Shown here: one piece after another, positions 48,882 through 58,452 of the stretch
How the letters are laid out: the number at the start of each line of letters is the position of its first letter
How positions within the stretch are numbered: position 1 is the stretch's first letter
IMG/VR virus record: IMGVR_UViG_3300025073_000042
Span: 1-64,000 of that record
DNA from: a virus
Length of the DNA stretch: 64,000 nucleotides
Reading direction: 5' to 3' (one strand)
Notes under the pieces: model-generated
What the model was told of the DNA's origin: nothing
What the model saw: only the letters and a program-made list of their open reading frames with translations
Database searches by the model: none
Translations under genes and position numbers: made by a program

Positions 48882-50378
48882 ATGCCCCTGACGATCTCGG
48901 TGGTGATCCCCACTCGCAACCTGCCGGACTCCCACGTTCGGCGTTGCGTCGCCGCGCTGCCCGAGGACGTGGAGGCCGTGCTGGTCCTCACCGACGCCGG
49001 GCACACGGATGTCTCCTGGCTCGCCGGACGCCCCCACACGAAGGTCGCCCAGGACTTCGCGCCCTTCGTCTTCGCCCGCGCCTCGAACCTCGGCGCCCGA
49101 GCGGCAAGCGGCGAGGCGCTGCTGTTCCTGAACGATGACTGCTTCTTCCGCGACCCGAGCGACGTTCACGCGCTCTGCTCCGCGCTCAACGATCCCTCGT
49201 GCGGCGCCGTTGCGCCGCTCGCCACCTACGCGGGGAACCCCGACATGCGCGGGCAGTCTGCGACCGGAGAGGTGCGGCGCACCTTCCGACCGCTCAACGG
49301 TTTCTGCGTCGCCCTGCGTCGGGGCACGTTCTACGGGGTCGGCGGCTGGGACGAACGTTACCGCGGCTACGGCACCGACGACGACGACCTCGCCACGCAG
49401 CTCATGCAGCGACACTACCGGCTCCGGGTGAACGGCGCGGTCTGTGTGGATCACGTCGGTCACGCCAGCTTCGGGCGCGATTGGGAGCACATCCATTCCG
49501 AGATCGAGAAGTGGGGCGCGGTCTTCGCCGAGAAGTGGGGCTTCCCGCGCGAGGGCCTGGCGTCACGGTTCACCGATCCGGAGGTCTCGGTCGTCATCCC
49601 CTGCTACAACGCCGAGGAGTGGATCGCCGAGTGCGTCGCGTCGTGCTTTGCGCAGGAGAGCGCGCCGAGCTTGGAGGTCGTGGTCGTCAACGACGGTTCC
49701 ACGGATGGCAGCCTCGAAGTGCTGCGGGCGCTGAAGGCGCGGTATGGCGAATCGCTGATCGTGATGACTCAGCCGAACGCCGGTCCCTCCGCCGCGCGCA
49801 ACAAGGGCGTCCGACGGTCCCTCGGGCAGACCATCGTGTTCCAGGACGCCGATGACCTCATGCCGCCGACGCGGGTCCGAGACTCGGTGGCGGCGCTCGC
49901 CGACCTCGATCTCGTGTACGGGCAGTGCTGGTACTTCGAGCCCGGCCAGCCGGTCGAGTCGGGCTACCTCATCGAAGGGATCGTCAGCCCACATCCCGAC
50001 CTCATTGCCCAGGGCAACGGCTTCCGCATCGGGGCCTCCGCTGCACGGCGGAGCCTCTTCGAGGAGCACGGCGTCTGGCTCGACGAGGCGATGGCCGGCG
50101 CGGAGGACTGGGAACTCATGGTTCACGCCGTCGCGAAGGGTTTGCGGGTCGCCGCCCACGGAGTCGGCGCGGCGCAGGCGCACTTCGCGGCTGGGAAGCA
50201 GGGCGACGTTCCGGTGATGCTCTGGCGCCGGATGGTCAAGGGCTCGCTGCGTTGGCGTGTGGACTACGAGCAGCTTCGTGCCCACGGTTGCCGGAAGCAC
50301 GCGCGGTTCTTCGGGTACGTGCAGGAGCACGGCGCGCTGCCCCCACGCGGAGAGGATTGGACGGGCGGGATTTCGTGA
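48882..50378 (+). CDS. double-domain glycosyltransferase family 2
   Basis: ISVVIPT..LLFLNDD..GGWDERY; second VSVVIPCYN..VVNDGSTD..FQDADD..EDWE. Confidence 0.9.
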   Translation: MPLTISVVIPTRNLPDSHVRRCVAALPEDVEAVLVLTDAGHTDVSWLAGRPHTKVAQDFAPFVFARASNLGARAASGEALLFLNDDCFFRDPSDVHALCSALNDPSCGAVAPLATYAGNPDMRGQSATGEVRRTFRPLNGFCVALRRGTFYGVGGWDERYRGYGTDDDDLATQLMQRHYRLRVNGAVCVDHVGHASFGRDWEHIHSEIEKWGAVFAEKWGFPREGLASRFTDPEVSVVIPCYNAEEWIAECVASCFAQESAPSLEVVVVNDGSTDGSLEVLRALKARYGESLIVMTQPNAGPSAARNKGVRRSLGQTIVFQDADDLMPPTRVRDSVAALADLDLVYGQCWYFEPGQPVESGYLIEGIVSPHPDLIAQGNGFRIGASAARRSLFEEHGVWLDEAMAGAEDWELMVHAVAKGLRVAAHGVGAAQAHFAAGKQGDVPVMLWRRMVKGSLRWRVDYEQLRAHGCRKHARFFGYVQEHGALPPRGEDWTGGIS

Positions 50379-50472
50379 TTTCCTTGTGTCACGTGCGTGC
50401 GCCTGCGCGCCCTCGTGCGCGCGAGGTTTGCGGAAACCACATTCGCCAACCAACCGCGCAACGGCAAAAGGC

Positions 50473-50501
50473 TTGACGTTCTGGCAGTTTTGGCTTATAT
50501 A
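50473..50501 (+). promoter_or_regulatory. putative promoter upstream of the IS/prepilin cassette
   Basis: TTGACG-17 bp-TATATA. Confidence 0.5.
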
Positions 50502-50629
50502 TAGGAGGTGATTCCTCGGGAATCGGTTAGCGGAAACCAGCCCCGAGAGGAGTTGTGTGGACCATAAGAAAAGCGGCAGGGGACCGTCGTCTTTAGGCGA
50601 CGGTGGAATGCCGCAACCTCCCTCCTGGT

Positions 50630-50658
50630 TTGACTTGCTCTGCCCTATATGGTATGAT
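50630..50658 (+). promoter_or_regulatory. tnpB promoter (leaderless transcript likely)
   Basis: TTGACT-17 bp-TATGAT, GTG start 7 nt downstream. Confidence 0.7.
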
Positions 50659-50664
50659 ACCAAC

Positions 50665-51834
50665 GTGAACCGAACGGTGCGTCTCATGCTCCAACCTACC
50701 CCTGAGCAGGCCTCTGCGCTGGCTGAGACCTCTCGCCAGTTCACGGAGGTCTTCAACGTTGTCTGCGCCTGGGGTTGGGCCAACACCGAACGCAACGGCG
50801 TCCGACTGCATCATGCTACCTACCGGGACCTGAAGACGCGCCTCCCCGCCCTGGTCTCCGACCTCCACTGCCAAGCCAGAGTCAAGGCGACCGAGGCCCT
50901 GAAGTCTGCCTTCGCCCTGCGGCTGAAAGGGCAGAAGGTCAACGCCCCTCATTCCGACGCTTGTCCATCTCGCCTGAACATCCACACCTTCAAACTGGAT
51001 TGGTCGGCCTCCGCCGTTCGCCTCTCGACGACGGATGGCCGGATGACCGTGCCCTTCTCGGCCCCGCAGTTCTCCGAGAAGTGGACGGGCGAAACTCCGC
51101 TGACCGCCGACCTCATCGAACGCAACGGTCGTTGGTGGTTGCACGTCGCGGTTGACGTACCCGCGCCGGTTGTCATGCCCTCGGCAGAGGTCGTCGGCGT
51201 TGACCTTGGGATCGCTCGGCCCGCCGTCATCTCCAACAACTGCTTCCTCGGGAAGCGCGGTTGGCGCAAGATCGAAGACCGCAACCTCCGTCTTCGTCGT
51301 GCCCTTCAGACGGCGGGCACCAAGTCCGCCAAACGGCATCTGAAGAAGATGCGCCGCCGACAGGCCCGATTTCGAAGAGACTGTGATCACGTCCTCTCGA
51401 AGCAGATCGTGGCCGCCGTCCAACCCGGCGGGACCGTCGTCCTCGAAGACCTGAAGAACATCCGCTCCTGCGCCCGTCAACGACGCGGAGGGCAGTCCCG
51501 TCGCCTGCACGGATGGTCGTTCGCGCAACTGAAGTCCTTCGTCCAGTACAAGGCCGAGGAGGTTGGGGTAACGGTGGCGCTGGTCAATCCGGCGCATACC
51601 TCTCAGACCTGCTCCTCCTGTGGACACAAAGCCCGCAACAATCGCCGGTCGCAGTCGGCGTTCGTCTGTCGTCAGTGCGGCTTCACGCTGAATGCCGACC
51701 TCAACGCGGCCCGCAACATCGCGGCCAAGTACCTCACCGCCTCCGGCATGACCGGAGCGGATGGGCTGTCTATCAAGCAGCCTGATGTGGGGAGTCATGC
51801 TCTGCATGGTTCACTCACAAGCCGTCTGCTTTAG
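50665..51834 (+). CDS. tnpB: RNA-guided endonuclease TnpB
   Basis: RuvC-I VGVDLG, RuvC-II VLEDL, zinc finger CSSCG/CRQCG, RuvC-III NADLNAARNI all intact. Confidence 0.95.
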   Translation: MNRTVRLMLQPTPEQASALAETSRQFTEVFNVVCAWGWANTERNGVRLHHATYRDLKTRLPALVSDLHCQARVKATEALKSAFALRLKGQKVNAPHSDACPSRLNIHTFKLDWSASAVRLSTTDGRMTVPFSAPQFSEKWTGETPLTADLIERNGRWWLHVAVDVPAPVVMPSAEVVGVDLGIARPAVISNNCFLGKRGWRKIEDRNLRLRRALQTAGTKSAKRHLKKMRRRQARFRRDCDHVLSKQIVAAVQPGGTVVLEDLKNIRSCARQRRGGQSRRLHGWSFAQLKSFVQYKAEEVGVTVALVNPAHTSQTCSSCGHKARNNRRSQSAFVCRQCGFTLNADLNAARNIAAKYLTASGMTGADGLSIKQPDVGSHALHGSLTSRLL

Positions 51835-51915
51835 CTGGCGGTACTTGACATATAGAAGGCGATTCTTCAGGAATCGGTTAGCGCAAACCAGACCCCGAGA
51901 GGAGCCGTGGAGACC

Positions 51916-52593
51916 ATGAGACGAGGCGCACGAGGCTTCACCCTGATCGAGCTGTTGGTGGTCATTGCGATCATCGCCATCCTGGCGGCGATCCTGTTCC
52001 CTGTCTTCGCCCGCGCTCGTGAGAAGGCGAAGTCGGCAAGCTGTCTGAGCAACGTCAAGCAACTTACGCTTGGTCTGATGATGTACGTCGGTGACTACAA
52101 CGACACGATTCCGATGACCGGCGCGGGCTTCTGGGATGGCGGCGGGAACTGGACAGGCTGTTGTAACCTGCGGTGGTATACGAGCATCTTCCCCTATCTG
52201 AAGAACCAGGAAATCCTCGCCTGCCCCTCCGTGCGCGGACAGTTGGGCTATGTGGCCGTCTGTCGCACGCAGGCCTCCATCCTCAGCGAGCTATCATCGC
52301 CAGCCACGACCGGGATCATCACCGACGCATACCGCCCGCAGCCCAGACTGGACTCGGGACAGGACTATGCGGACGGTAGTCCGGTGTACGCTCCGGCGAA
52401 GCTCCAACAGCCCACCAACGCGCCGTGGGGCGGTCCCCCGCCCTGCTCGGGAGGCCTGGCGAATGCGCTGCCCGCCGACCGGCACAATCGAGGGGTCAAC
52501 GTGGGGTATCTCGACGGACATGCTAAATGGCAGGGAGTGGTGGTCTTCTCTGGTGATCGAGCCATCATCCCGGCCTCCAAGTGGGACCCGTAA
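51916..52593 (+). CDS. prepilin-type N-terminal cleavage/methylation protein with H-X9-DG C-terminus (DUF1559-like)
   Basis: [39 protein letters not shown]; [17 protein letters not shown]. Confidence 0.92.
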   Translation: MRRGARGFTLIELLVVIAIIAILAAILFPVFARAREKAKSASCLSNVKQLTLGLMMYVGDYNDTIPMTGAGFWDGGGNWTGCCNLRWYTSIFPYLKNQEILACPSVRGQLGYVAVCRTQASILSELSSPATTGIITDAYRPQPRLDSGQDYADGSPVYAPAKLQQPTNAPWGGPPPCSGGLANALPADRHNRGVNVGYLDGHAKWQGVVVFSGDRAIIPASKWDP

Positions 52594-52604
52594 GGGGATT
52601 GGTT

Positions 52605-54260
52605 ATGAGACGCACCCTGACGATAGTCCTGCTGGCCGTGTTGGCATCGGTTGGCGTGTGCCAAGACTTCACCTTGGCCGCCCTGCGAATGAGCGACAAA
52701 CTGACCAATCACTCGCGTCCCCGCGCCCCTCTTCGAGGGCTGAGTCTCGCGGGGGCTCGCGGGGAGACGGTCGCGGCACAGTTCGCGGTCATCGCAGGAC
52801 CCGGTTGCGAGTCCGTCAACCTCAGCACCCTTTGGTTCCAGGGCCTCATGCCAGCCGCTCACCCGATACAGTTCCTGACGCTCAAAGATGGGGAGTTGCG
52901 GGCCGAGGTCATCAGCAATAGCTGGACTGCCAGTTTTACGCCCGAGCGGAGAGTCGTGCCTATCTGGGTGACGGTGCGGATACCGGATGGCACGGCTGCG
53001 GGGCAGTATCGGGGAACGGTCACGGTCACTGGTTCGGAGCAGAAGGAGCGCATTCCGGTAGCGGTGCGTGTCTACGACTTCGACCTTCCGAAGCAGCAGC
53101 ACCTCCCCACGGACTTCGCCTTTCGGCCGGGGAAGGTCTGGGCCTACTTCAACGATACCCCCGGCAACGACGACCGCTGGTGGGAGCACATGACCTTCGA
53201 GCGGTACTCCCGCTGGCGGGCGAAGCTGATGGAGTATCGCATCACTCCGCAGCCCTACATGGATTCCCCGCCGGCGAAGGGCCTGGATTCAATGGCCTAT
53301 CAGTGCTGGCTCGATGGGTCGTGGGATGGCGAAACCTCGATGCCGGACTGGGGTCTGTTCGACCAGCAGGTAGAGGACCAGTTTGCGAATGGGGCAGCGA
53401 TGGCGCGGCTCGGGTATACGAGCGCGCCGGACCCCGACTCCGACCGTTGGCGCTTCTGGCGAACGTGGTTGCCTCAGTTGGAGCGGCACGTTCGAGACGA
53501 GGGCTGGGAGCGGCGCTGCTTCATCTATCAGACGGACGAGGTGGTGCCCGATCAGTTCCCCGGCTTCATGCAGCGCGGGGAAGCCATCGGACGCCTCGCT
53601 CCTTCGGTGAAGAGGCTGACGGTCATTCAGCATCCATACCCCGAGGAGATCAACGCCGTCACCGACATCTGGGTGACGACGATGGGCGTCTTCAGCAGCA
53701 ACCAACAGCGGGCGCACGACCTCCAGGCGCAGGGGGATGAAGTTTGGGTCTACGTGTGCTGCTCGGGAGCCCCGCCCTTCAGCGAACTCTACATCCATGA
53801 GGACGGCCTCAACCATCGGCTGCTCCCGTGGATTATCCGCAAGCATGGACTCCAGGGGTTGCTCTACTATGGGTGCTGCTTCTGGACGGATCAATACCGG
53901 GCGCGTTTGGCCGATGTGGAGGAGGATGGGACCCTCTCGCCTGTCTGGGGGCTGACGAACGGGCAGTATGATGGCGGGGGCGTCCTGCTCTACCCCGGCG
54001 GCAAGCGCATCGAGGACGAACCGCAGGTCAGCCTGCGCCTCGCGCTCCTCGGGCAGGGCCTGCAGGACTGGGAGTACTTCTGGCTGCTGGACGACCTTGT
54101 GAGGCGGGGGCGCGGGACTGAGCGGCAGAGGATGCAGGCGCGGGCACTGCTGGAGGTGCCCAATTCAGTAGTCAAGGGTTGCGGGGAGTTCACAACCGAT
54201 GAGAGGCGGCTTGACGGGCATAAGGCGAAGCTGGCGCGGCTGATCGAAGCGATGGACTGA
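52605..54260 (+). CDS. secreted glycoside hydrolase, GH123/DUF4091-like
   Basis: signal peptide; ARGET..AQ, PIWVTVRIP...AGQYRG, DE pair, VWVYVCC, GLLYY, G.LLYPG, SLRL...QGLQDWEY. Confidence 0.8.
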   Translation: MRRTLTIVLLAVLASVGVCQDFTLAALRMSDKLTNHSRPRAPLRGLSLAGARGETVAAQFAVIAGPGCESVNLSTLWFQGLMPAAHPIQFLTLKDGELRAEVISNSWTASFTPERRVVPIWVTVRIPDGTAAGQYRGTVTVTGSEQKERIPVAVRVYDFDLPKQQHLPTDFAFRPGKVWAYFNDTPGNDDRWWEHMTFERYSRWRAKLMEYRITPQPYMDSPPAKGLDSMAYQCWLDGSWDGETSMPDWGLFDQQVEDQFANGAAMARLGYTSAPDPDSDRWRFWRTWLPQLERHVRDEGWERRCFIYQTDEVVPDQFPGFMQRGEAIGRLAPSVKRLTVIQHPYPEEINAVTDIWVTTMGVFSSNQQRAHDLQAQGDEVWVYVCCSGAPPFSELYIHEDGLNHRLLPWIIRKHGLQGLLYYGCCFWTDQYRARLADVEEDGTLSPVWGLTNGQYDGGGVLLYPGGKRIEDEPQVSLRLALLGQGLQDWEYFWLLDDLVRRGRGTERQRMQARALLEVPNSVVKGCGEFTTDERRLDGHKAKLARLIEAMD

Positions 54261-54271
54261 GAAGGGTTGCC

Positions 54272-55054
54272 ATGTACTCTCGTGCCCGCGTCGCTCTCAC
54301 CCTGTCGCATGTGTTCCCCACGTTGGGGATGCCGGACGCGGTGAACCTCACCCCTATTCATGTTGGGCACGCGCGGACGTTACTGCTGGGCAGCCTCGTG
54401 GCGCAGCACTACGGTTGCCCCTTCCACATTCGGCTCGACGGGCCTTACCGTGATCCGAACCAAGTTCCTCCGCTGATCGTCGATCGCGGCGATGCGATCC
54501 TGGAACTGCTCGGCTGCCTGCGCGCTATGGGGGTGTCGTGGGATCAACTCTACTGGTGCCCACAGGAGCCGACATCGCTCTTGTTGGCGAAGCGCGAGGG
54601 TCTGGCGCGGATCAAGGCCGGCTGGGCGATGGGAGACATTCACCTCGCACAGATCCTCGATGATGCAGTGGACCACGCGCCATCGCTGATCGTGCGTGGC
54701 GGGGAGTTCGCGCTTGACGGCGACACCACATTCGCGGGTGTCGCGCACCTCGGGCAATTCGTGGCGACCGAGGAGATGGTGTACTGCGCCCTCGGCGAGC
54801 AGAAGCATGAGTTCACGGCGCCGATGGTCTTCCTCGGGCCGGGCAAGATGTCGAAGTCAAAGCTGACCGTTGTCCCCTGGCAAGTTCTCACCTCGCTCCC
54901 ACCTGAAGGAGTGAGGCGCTTCCTACTGGCGACAGCTATGCGACCCGACGATCCGTTAGCCGCATTCGATGATCCGTTCAGCCTCGACCATCTTGATCCA
55001 CGTCCCTATCGTTGGGACTGGAAGCAGTGGGCGCAGGCAGTGAAAAGGGGCTGA
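54272..55054 (+). CDS. class I aminoacyl-tRNA synthetase catalytic-domain homolog (GluRS/GluQ-like, no anticodon domain)
   Basis: HVGH (HIGH), FHIRLD, LDD...LIVRG.E, KMSKS; only 260 aa. Confidence 0.8.
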   Translation: MYSRARVALTLSHVFPTLGMPDAVNLTPIHVGHARTLLLGSLVAQHYGCPFHIRLDGPYRDPNQVPPLIVDRGDAILELLGCLRAMGVSWDQLYWCPQEPTSLLLAKREGLARIKAGWAMGDIHLAQILDDAVDHAPSLIVRGGEFALDGDTTFAGVAHLGQFVATEEMVYCALGEQKHEFTAPMVFLGPGKMSKSKLTVVPWQVLTSLPPEGVRRFLLATAMRPDDPLAAFDDPFSLDHLDPRPYRWDWKQWAQAVKRG

Positions 55055-55055
55055 C

Positions 55056-55961
55056 ATGCCGCTCGTGCGACACGATCCTGACTTGAGGTTCGGGCCGTCT
55101 CGCGAGGAGAGGATACCCGACGAGCCTTGCATTCTGACCGATGCAGATTACGAAACCGTCATCGGTCGAAAGCCGGCTCTGCCGTTGTACTTCTCACCGA
55201 CTGAGCTATTGACGACGGACTCAACCGTCGGCTACCTGCCGGGGCGCGTCGTGCTACAAAGCATGAGCGGCGAGGAGCATCTATTCAGGTCCGACCTCTT
55301 CGACTTGGTCTGTCCGCAGGATGTGCTGTTCTCCTTCCTCTTCCAGCCCTGCGAGTCGGCAGACCCCGTGCCGCTCGTGCCCATGTGGAAACGTCTGCGA
55401 CGGGCGATCCGTGACGTTGGGCCGCAGGTGTACGCTGTGCTTGTCGGCAATGTCCATGCTGAGACCCGCTTCGACCGGATGCTCCGCGCCGAGACCGACG
55501 AGTGTCGCACGGAGTCCGTCCGGCGCCTCGTCGAGTTCGTGAAGCGCGCGGGTGGGATGCTGCGCGACTGGGGCGCGCGGCCGGCCTTTGGGATCGTCTC
55601 GCCGCAGATCATCCTGCACGCCTACTGGGCCGACCAACACCTGCCGGGCGGGGATCCGCTCCTGCCGGTGTTGCGGGACATGGGCGCGCTGGTGATCTCC
55701 TTCTCGGGCTGCCCCGAGTGGTGGGCCAGCCGCGAGGAGTTCTGGCCGCAGCACGGCAAGCAGCGGACGTATCAGTGGTACGCGCAGAACGAGGACCTCG
55801 ACGAGTGGCCGTTCCAGCGAATCATCAACTGGGTGAGCGCCGTCGAGTGTTGGGCAGGGGTGGAGTACCTCGCCGGGCTGCAGGCGGGCAACGACCTCAA
55901 GCTCGCGGCCGGAGGTTTCCGAGCTGGGGTCATCGGCGAGCTGCCGGACGGCTCGCGATGA
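55056..55961 (+). CDS. hypothetical protein
   Basis: 301-aa ORF in operon. Confidence 0.65.
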   Translation: MPLVRHDPDLRFGPSREERIPDEPCILTDADYETVIGRKPALPLYFSPTELLTTDSTVGYLPGRVVLQSMSGEEHLFRSDLFDLVCPQDVLFSFLFQPCESADPVPLVPMWKRLRRAIRDVGPQVYAVLVGNVHAETRFDRMLRAETDECRTESVRRLVEFVKRAGGMLRDWGARPAFGIVSPQIILHAYWADQHLPGGDPLLPVLRDMGALVISFSGCPEWWASREEFWPQHGKQRTYQWYAQNEDLDEWPFQRIINWVSAVECWAGVEYLAGLQAGNDLKLAAGGFRAGVIGELPDGSR

Positions 55962-55977
55962 GAGAGAGGAGCACAAG

Positions 55978-56808
55978 ATGAGTCAACCGAAGGTGGCCGT
56001 GATTTGCCGGTTCTGGAACGGCGAGGACCTCGTTGGCGATTGGTTGGCGGCGATTGAGCCGTGGGCCGTCAACGTGTTCCTTCTGGACGCGGGCTCCTCG
56101 GACGACACCTGGCGGTCTCTGCAGGAGATGACGGAACTCCACTGGCTGAACTTCCCCGGCGGCCTGTACCGCCTCCCGCCCTCGGCGCCGATGCTCAGCG
56201 GTTTCTACACGAACCTGCTCTTGCGGATGCTCGACGACGCGCAGCCGGAGCTGGTCGTCCATCTGGACCAGGACGAGTTCCTCGAGCCGGAGATCGTGGA
56301 CTGGTTCCCGCGCATGGTCGCCGACCCGGAGCACGACGCATGGAGCATCGTCCGCCGCAACTTCGTCTTCGGGCGGGAGCGGTACGAGACGACCGCGAAG
56401 GTCATGCGGTTCCGCGAGCACTTCTGTTACCGCTGGGCGCCGGGCCTCCGGCACCCGTCGCCGCTGCCGAACGGCAAGCCTCGCCAGCAGGGCATTCACC
56501 ACCTGGAGCGCATCCCGCTCGGGCACCCCGCGCGCGAGGACACCGAGCCCGACGGCGCGAACGGCTACGTGCCTCAGCTCAACGCGCGCCTCGGGGCCTT
56601 GCCCAACGCGGGGCCGTGGATGCTGCACTACAACTTCCGCAACGAGGCCCGCAACCGTCTGCACTACAACCGCCTGAGGTCGCAGGCGCATGAGGACCGC
56701 CCAAACCTGCTCGCGACCCGGGAGACGCTGAACTGCCCGACGGAGCAGTACGTGCCGTTTGCGGAGCGGCTGACCGCCGCGCAGCGAGAGGAGTTGACCC
56801 TCGCATGA
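55978..56808 (+). CDS. glycosyltransferase family 2
   Basis: LLDAGSSDDT, HLDQDE (DxD), MLHY. Confidence 0.8.
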   Translation: MSQPKVAVICRFWNGEDLVGDWLAAIEPWAVNVFLLDAGSSDDTWRSLQEMTELHWLNFPGGLYRLPPSAPMLSGFYTNLLLRMLDDAQPELVVHLDQDEFLEPEIVDWFPRMVADPEHDAWSIVRRNFVFGRERYETTAKVMRFREHFCYRWAPGLRHPSPLPNGKPRQQGIHHLERIPLGHPAREDTEPDGANGYVPQLNARLGALPNAGPWMLHYNFRNEARNRLHYNRLRSQAHEDRPNLLATRETLNCPTEQYVPFAERLTAAQREELTLA

Positions 56809-57608
56809 TCGCTCCCCAGACCGTCGTGGTCGGCTGCGGCTGTGTGGGCGAGGCGACGGCGCGTGTGTTGGAGGCGTCGGGCATTGAGGTGGGGCGCCAT
56901 GACCCCGCGCGGAAGCTCGATCTCTCGGCTGTCTCCGGACCGCGCACGCAGGACGTCATTATCTGCCTACCCACACCGGGCACGACCGACGCGACGCCCG
57001 CGGCGTTGGACTGCTCCTTGGTCGAGGCGGCGCTGCGCGAGTGGGCGGAGCGTTGTCCCGAGGCGCGGATCGTCGTGCGCAGCACGGTCCCGCCGGACTT
57101 CTGGGCGGGGCTCCCCTGGCCCCTGCGCGCCCGCTGTGTGCACTGGCCCTGCTTCGCGGAGCACTGGCGGCTGGAGGAGTTCGAGACGCGGCCGCCGTTC
57201 GTGGTCTTCGGTGTGGATCAACCTGAAGTGGTCGCCCGGATGGGTTGGGATGAGGTGGCTCCGTACCTGCCCGACGGTCAGATTCTTGCCTGTTCCCTGG
57301 AGTGCGCCTCGTGGATCAAGCTCTCCACTAACGCCCTCTACGCGGCGAACGTCGTGCTCGCCAACGAACTCGCCGCGTTGGGCGCATCCTACGGCGTAGA
57401 GTGGGACGAGGTGCGAAAGGCCCTTGACGCGAATCCACGTTTGGGGGATACTTTCGCCGTCAGCCTGGTCGGCGGCTACGGGGGCGCGTGCCTGACGAAG
57501 GATGTGGGGCACATCGCCCGGCTCGCCGACGAGCACGCAGCCGGCCGGGTCGGTCTGTTGCGGTTCCTGGGGCTCGCCAACGAGGAGTGCCGACGCCATG
57601 CCGGGTGA
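56805..57608 (+). CDS. UDP-glucose/GDP-mannose dehydrogenase family (short form)
   Basis: GCGCVG, ICLPTP, RSTVPP, KLSTN, GYGGACLTKD; C-terminal domain absent. Confidence 0.88.
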   Translation: MIAPQTVVVGCGCVGEATARVLEASGIEVGRHDPARKLDLSAVSGPRTQDVIICLPTPGTTDATPAALDCSLVEAALREWAERCPEARIVVRSTVPPDFWAGLPWPLRARCVHWPCFAEHWRLEEFETRPPFVVFGVDQPEVVARMGWDEVAPYLPDGQILACSLECASWIKLSTNALYAANVVLANELAALGASYGVEWDEVRKALDANPRLGDTFAVSLVGGYGGACLTKDVGHIARLADEHAAGRVGLLRFLGLANEECRRHAG

Positions 57609-58443
57609 AGCGATCGTCGTCGCCGGCGTCCGCGCGAAGAACGAGGCCTCGATCCTCGGCGAGACCTTGCCCCTTTTGCTTCGCCACTGCGATGCGGTCG
57701 TCGTGCTGGATAACGGCTCCACGGACGACACGGCGGCCGTCGCCGCGCAGTGTGGATGTCACGTCCTCTGCTACCGTCCGCCCTTCTACCACGAGGCGCT
57801 GGAGCGAACGATCCTCAACCACCTCTGTCAGTTCGTCGCCGCGGGACTTGCCGAGGGCGACCTCTCCCGCTGTTACGAACTGTCCGCCGACGCCGACGAG
57901 GTGTGGGACGGCGACCTGCGGGCGGAGGTCGAGGCAGTCCACGCGGGGCATGATTCCGGCGCGTTCGCCTGGAGCTTCCCGCTCTACGACCTGCGGCTGT
58001 GCAGCGCGGCGCCCGAGGAGCATCTGGTCGTTTCGCCGCTCTACCCGCATCGGTGCTGGGCGGAGCCCTTCTTCCGGCGCATCCCGCGCTTGTGGCGACT
58101 CGACGGTCCGCTGGTGGTTTTCCCGTTCCGCGAGCACCACACGACGCTGCCGAACTTCCCGGCGGGTTCCGTCCGGCAAGCGACGACGCCGGTGCGGCAT
58201 TACGGCCTGTGCCGGTCAGTCGCCGACTTCGAGGCGAAGCGCGAACGCTACTCGACGGGGCAGCACGCTGGTCAGGCGTACTCCCGCGAGTGGGAGTTGG
58301 CGCACGCCGTGATCGACAGGGAGCACCTCGTGCGCTGGGAGCCGGGCGCTCCGCCGCCGGCGGGGGTTGAGTGTCACCTCGGCAGCAACGTCGCCAAGCG
58401 CGACCCCGACAACAGAGACCGCATCATCAGCGCCGTCTGGTAG
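57598..58443 (+). CDS. glycosyltransferase family 2
   Basis: RAKNEA, VVVLDNGSTDDT, DADE, VRHYG. Confidence 0.82.
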   Translation: MPGEAIVVAGVRAKNEASILGETLPLLLRHCDAVVVLDNGSTDDTAAVAAQCGCHVLCYRPPFYHEALERTILNHLCQFVAAGLAEGDLSRCYELSADADEVWDGDLRAEVEAVHAGHDSGAFAWSFPLYDLRLCSAAPEEHLVVSPLYPHRCWAEPFFRRIPRLWRLDGPLVVFPFREHHTTLPNFPAGSVRQATTPVRHYGLCRSVADFEAKRERYSTGQHAGQAYSREWELAHAVIDREHLVRWEPGAPPPAGVECHLGSNVAKRDPDNRDRIISAVW

Positions 58444-58452
58444 GTGGCGACA

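Larger units (their letters stand above)
50566..51849 (+). mobile_element. IS200/IS605-family non-autonomous element (IS1341-type, tnpB only)
   Basis: left hairpin ACCGTCGTC-TTTA-GGCGACGGT (50583-50604); right hairpin with TTTA loop (51821-51842) then ACTTGAC; no tnpA. Confidence 0.8.

Noticed and set aside
14600-49496. Long minus-strand ORFs (e.g. 14600..16378, 18830..20464, 27679..29508, 36232..38115, 41987..43879, 47937..49496)
   Set aside because: Antisense shadows of well-supported + strand genes in high-GC DNA; no motifs
50665-51834. Cas12/type V CRISPR effector or nuclease-dead TnpB regulator
   Set aside because: No CRISPR array; IS605-type end hairpins present; all three RuvC acidic residues intact
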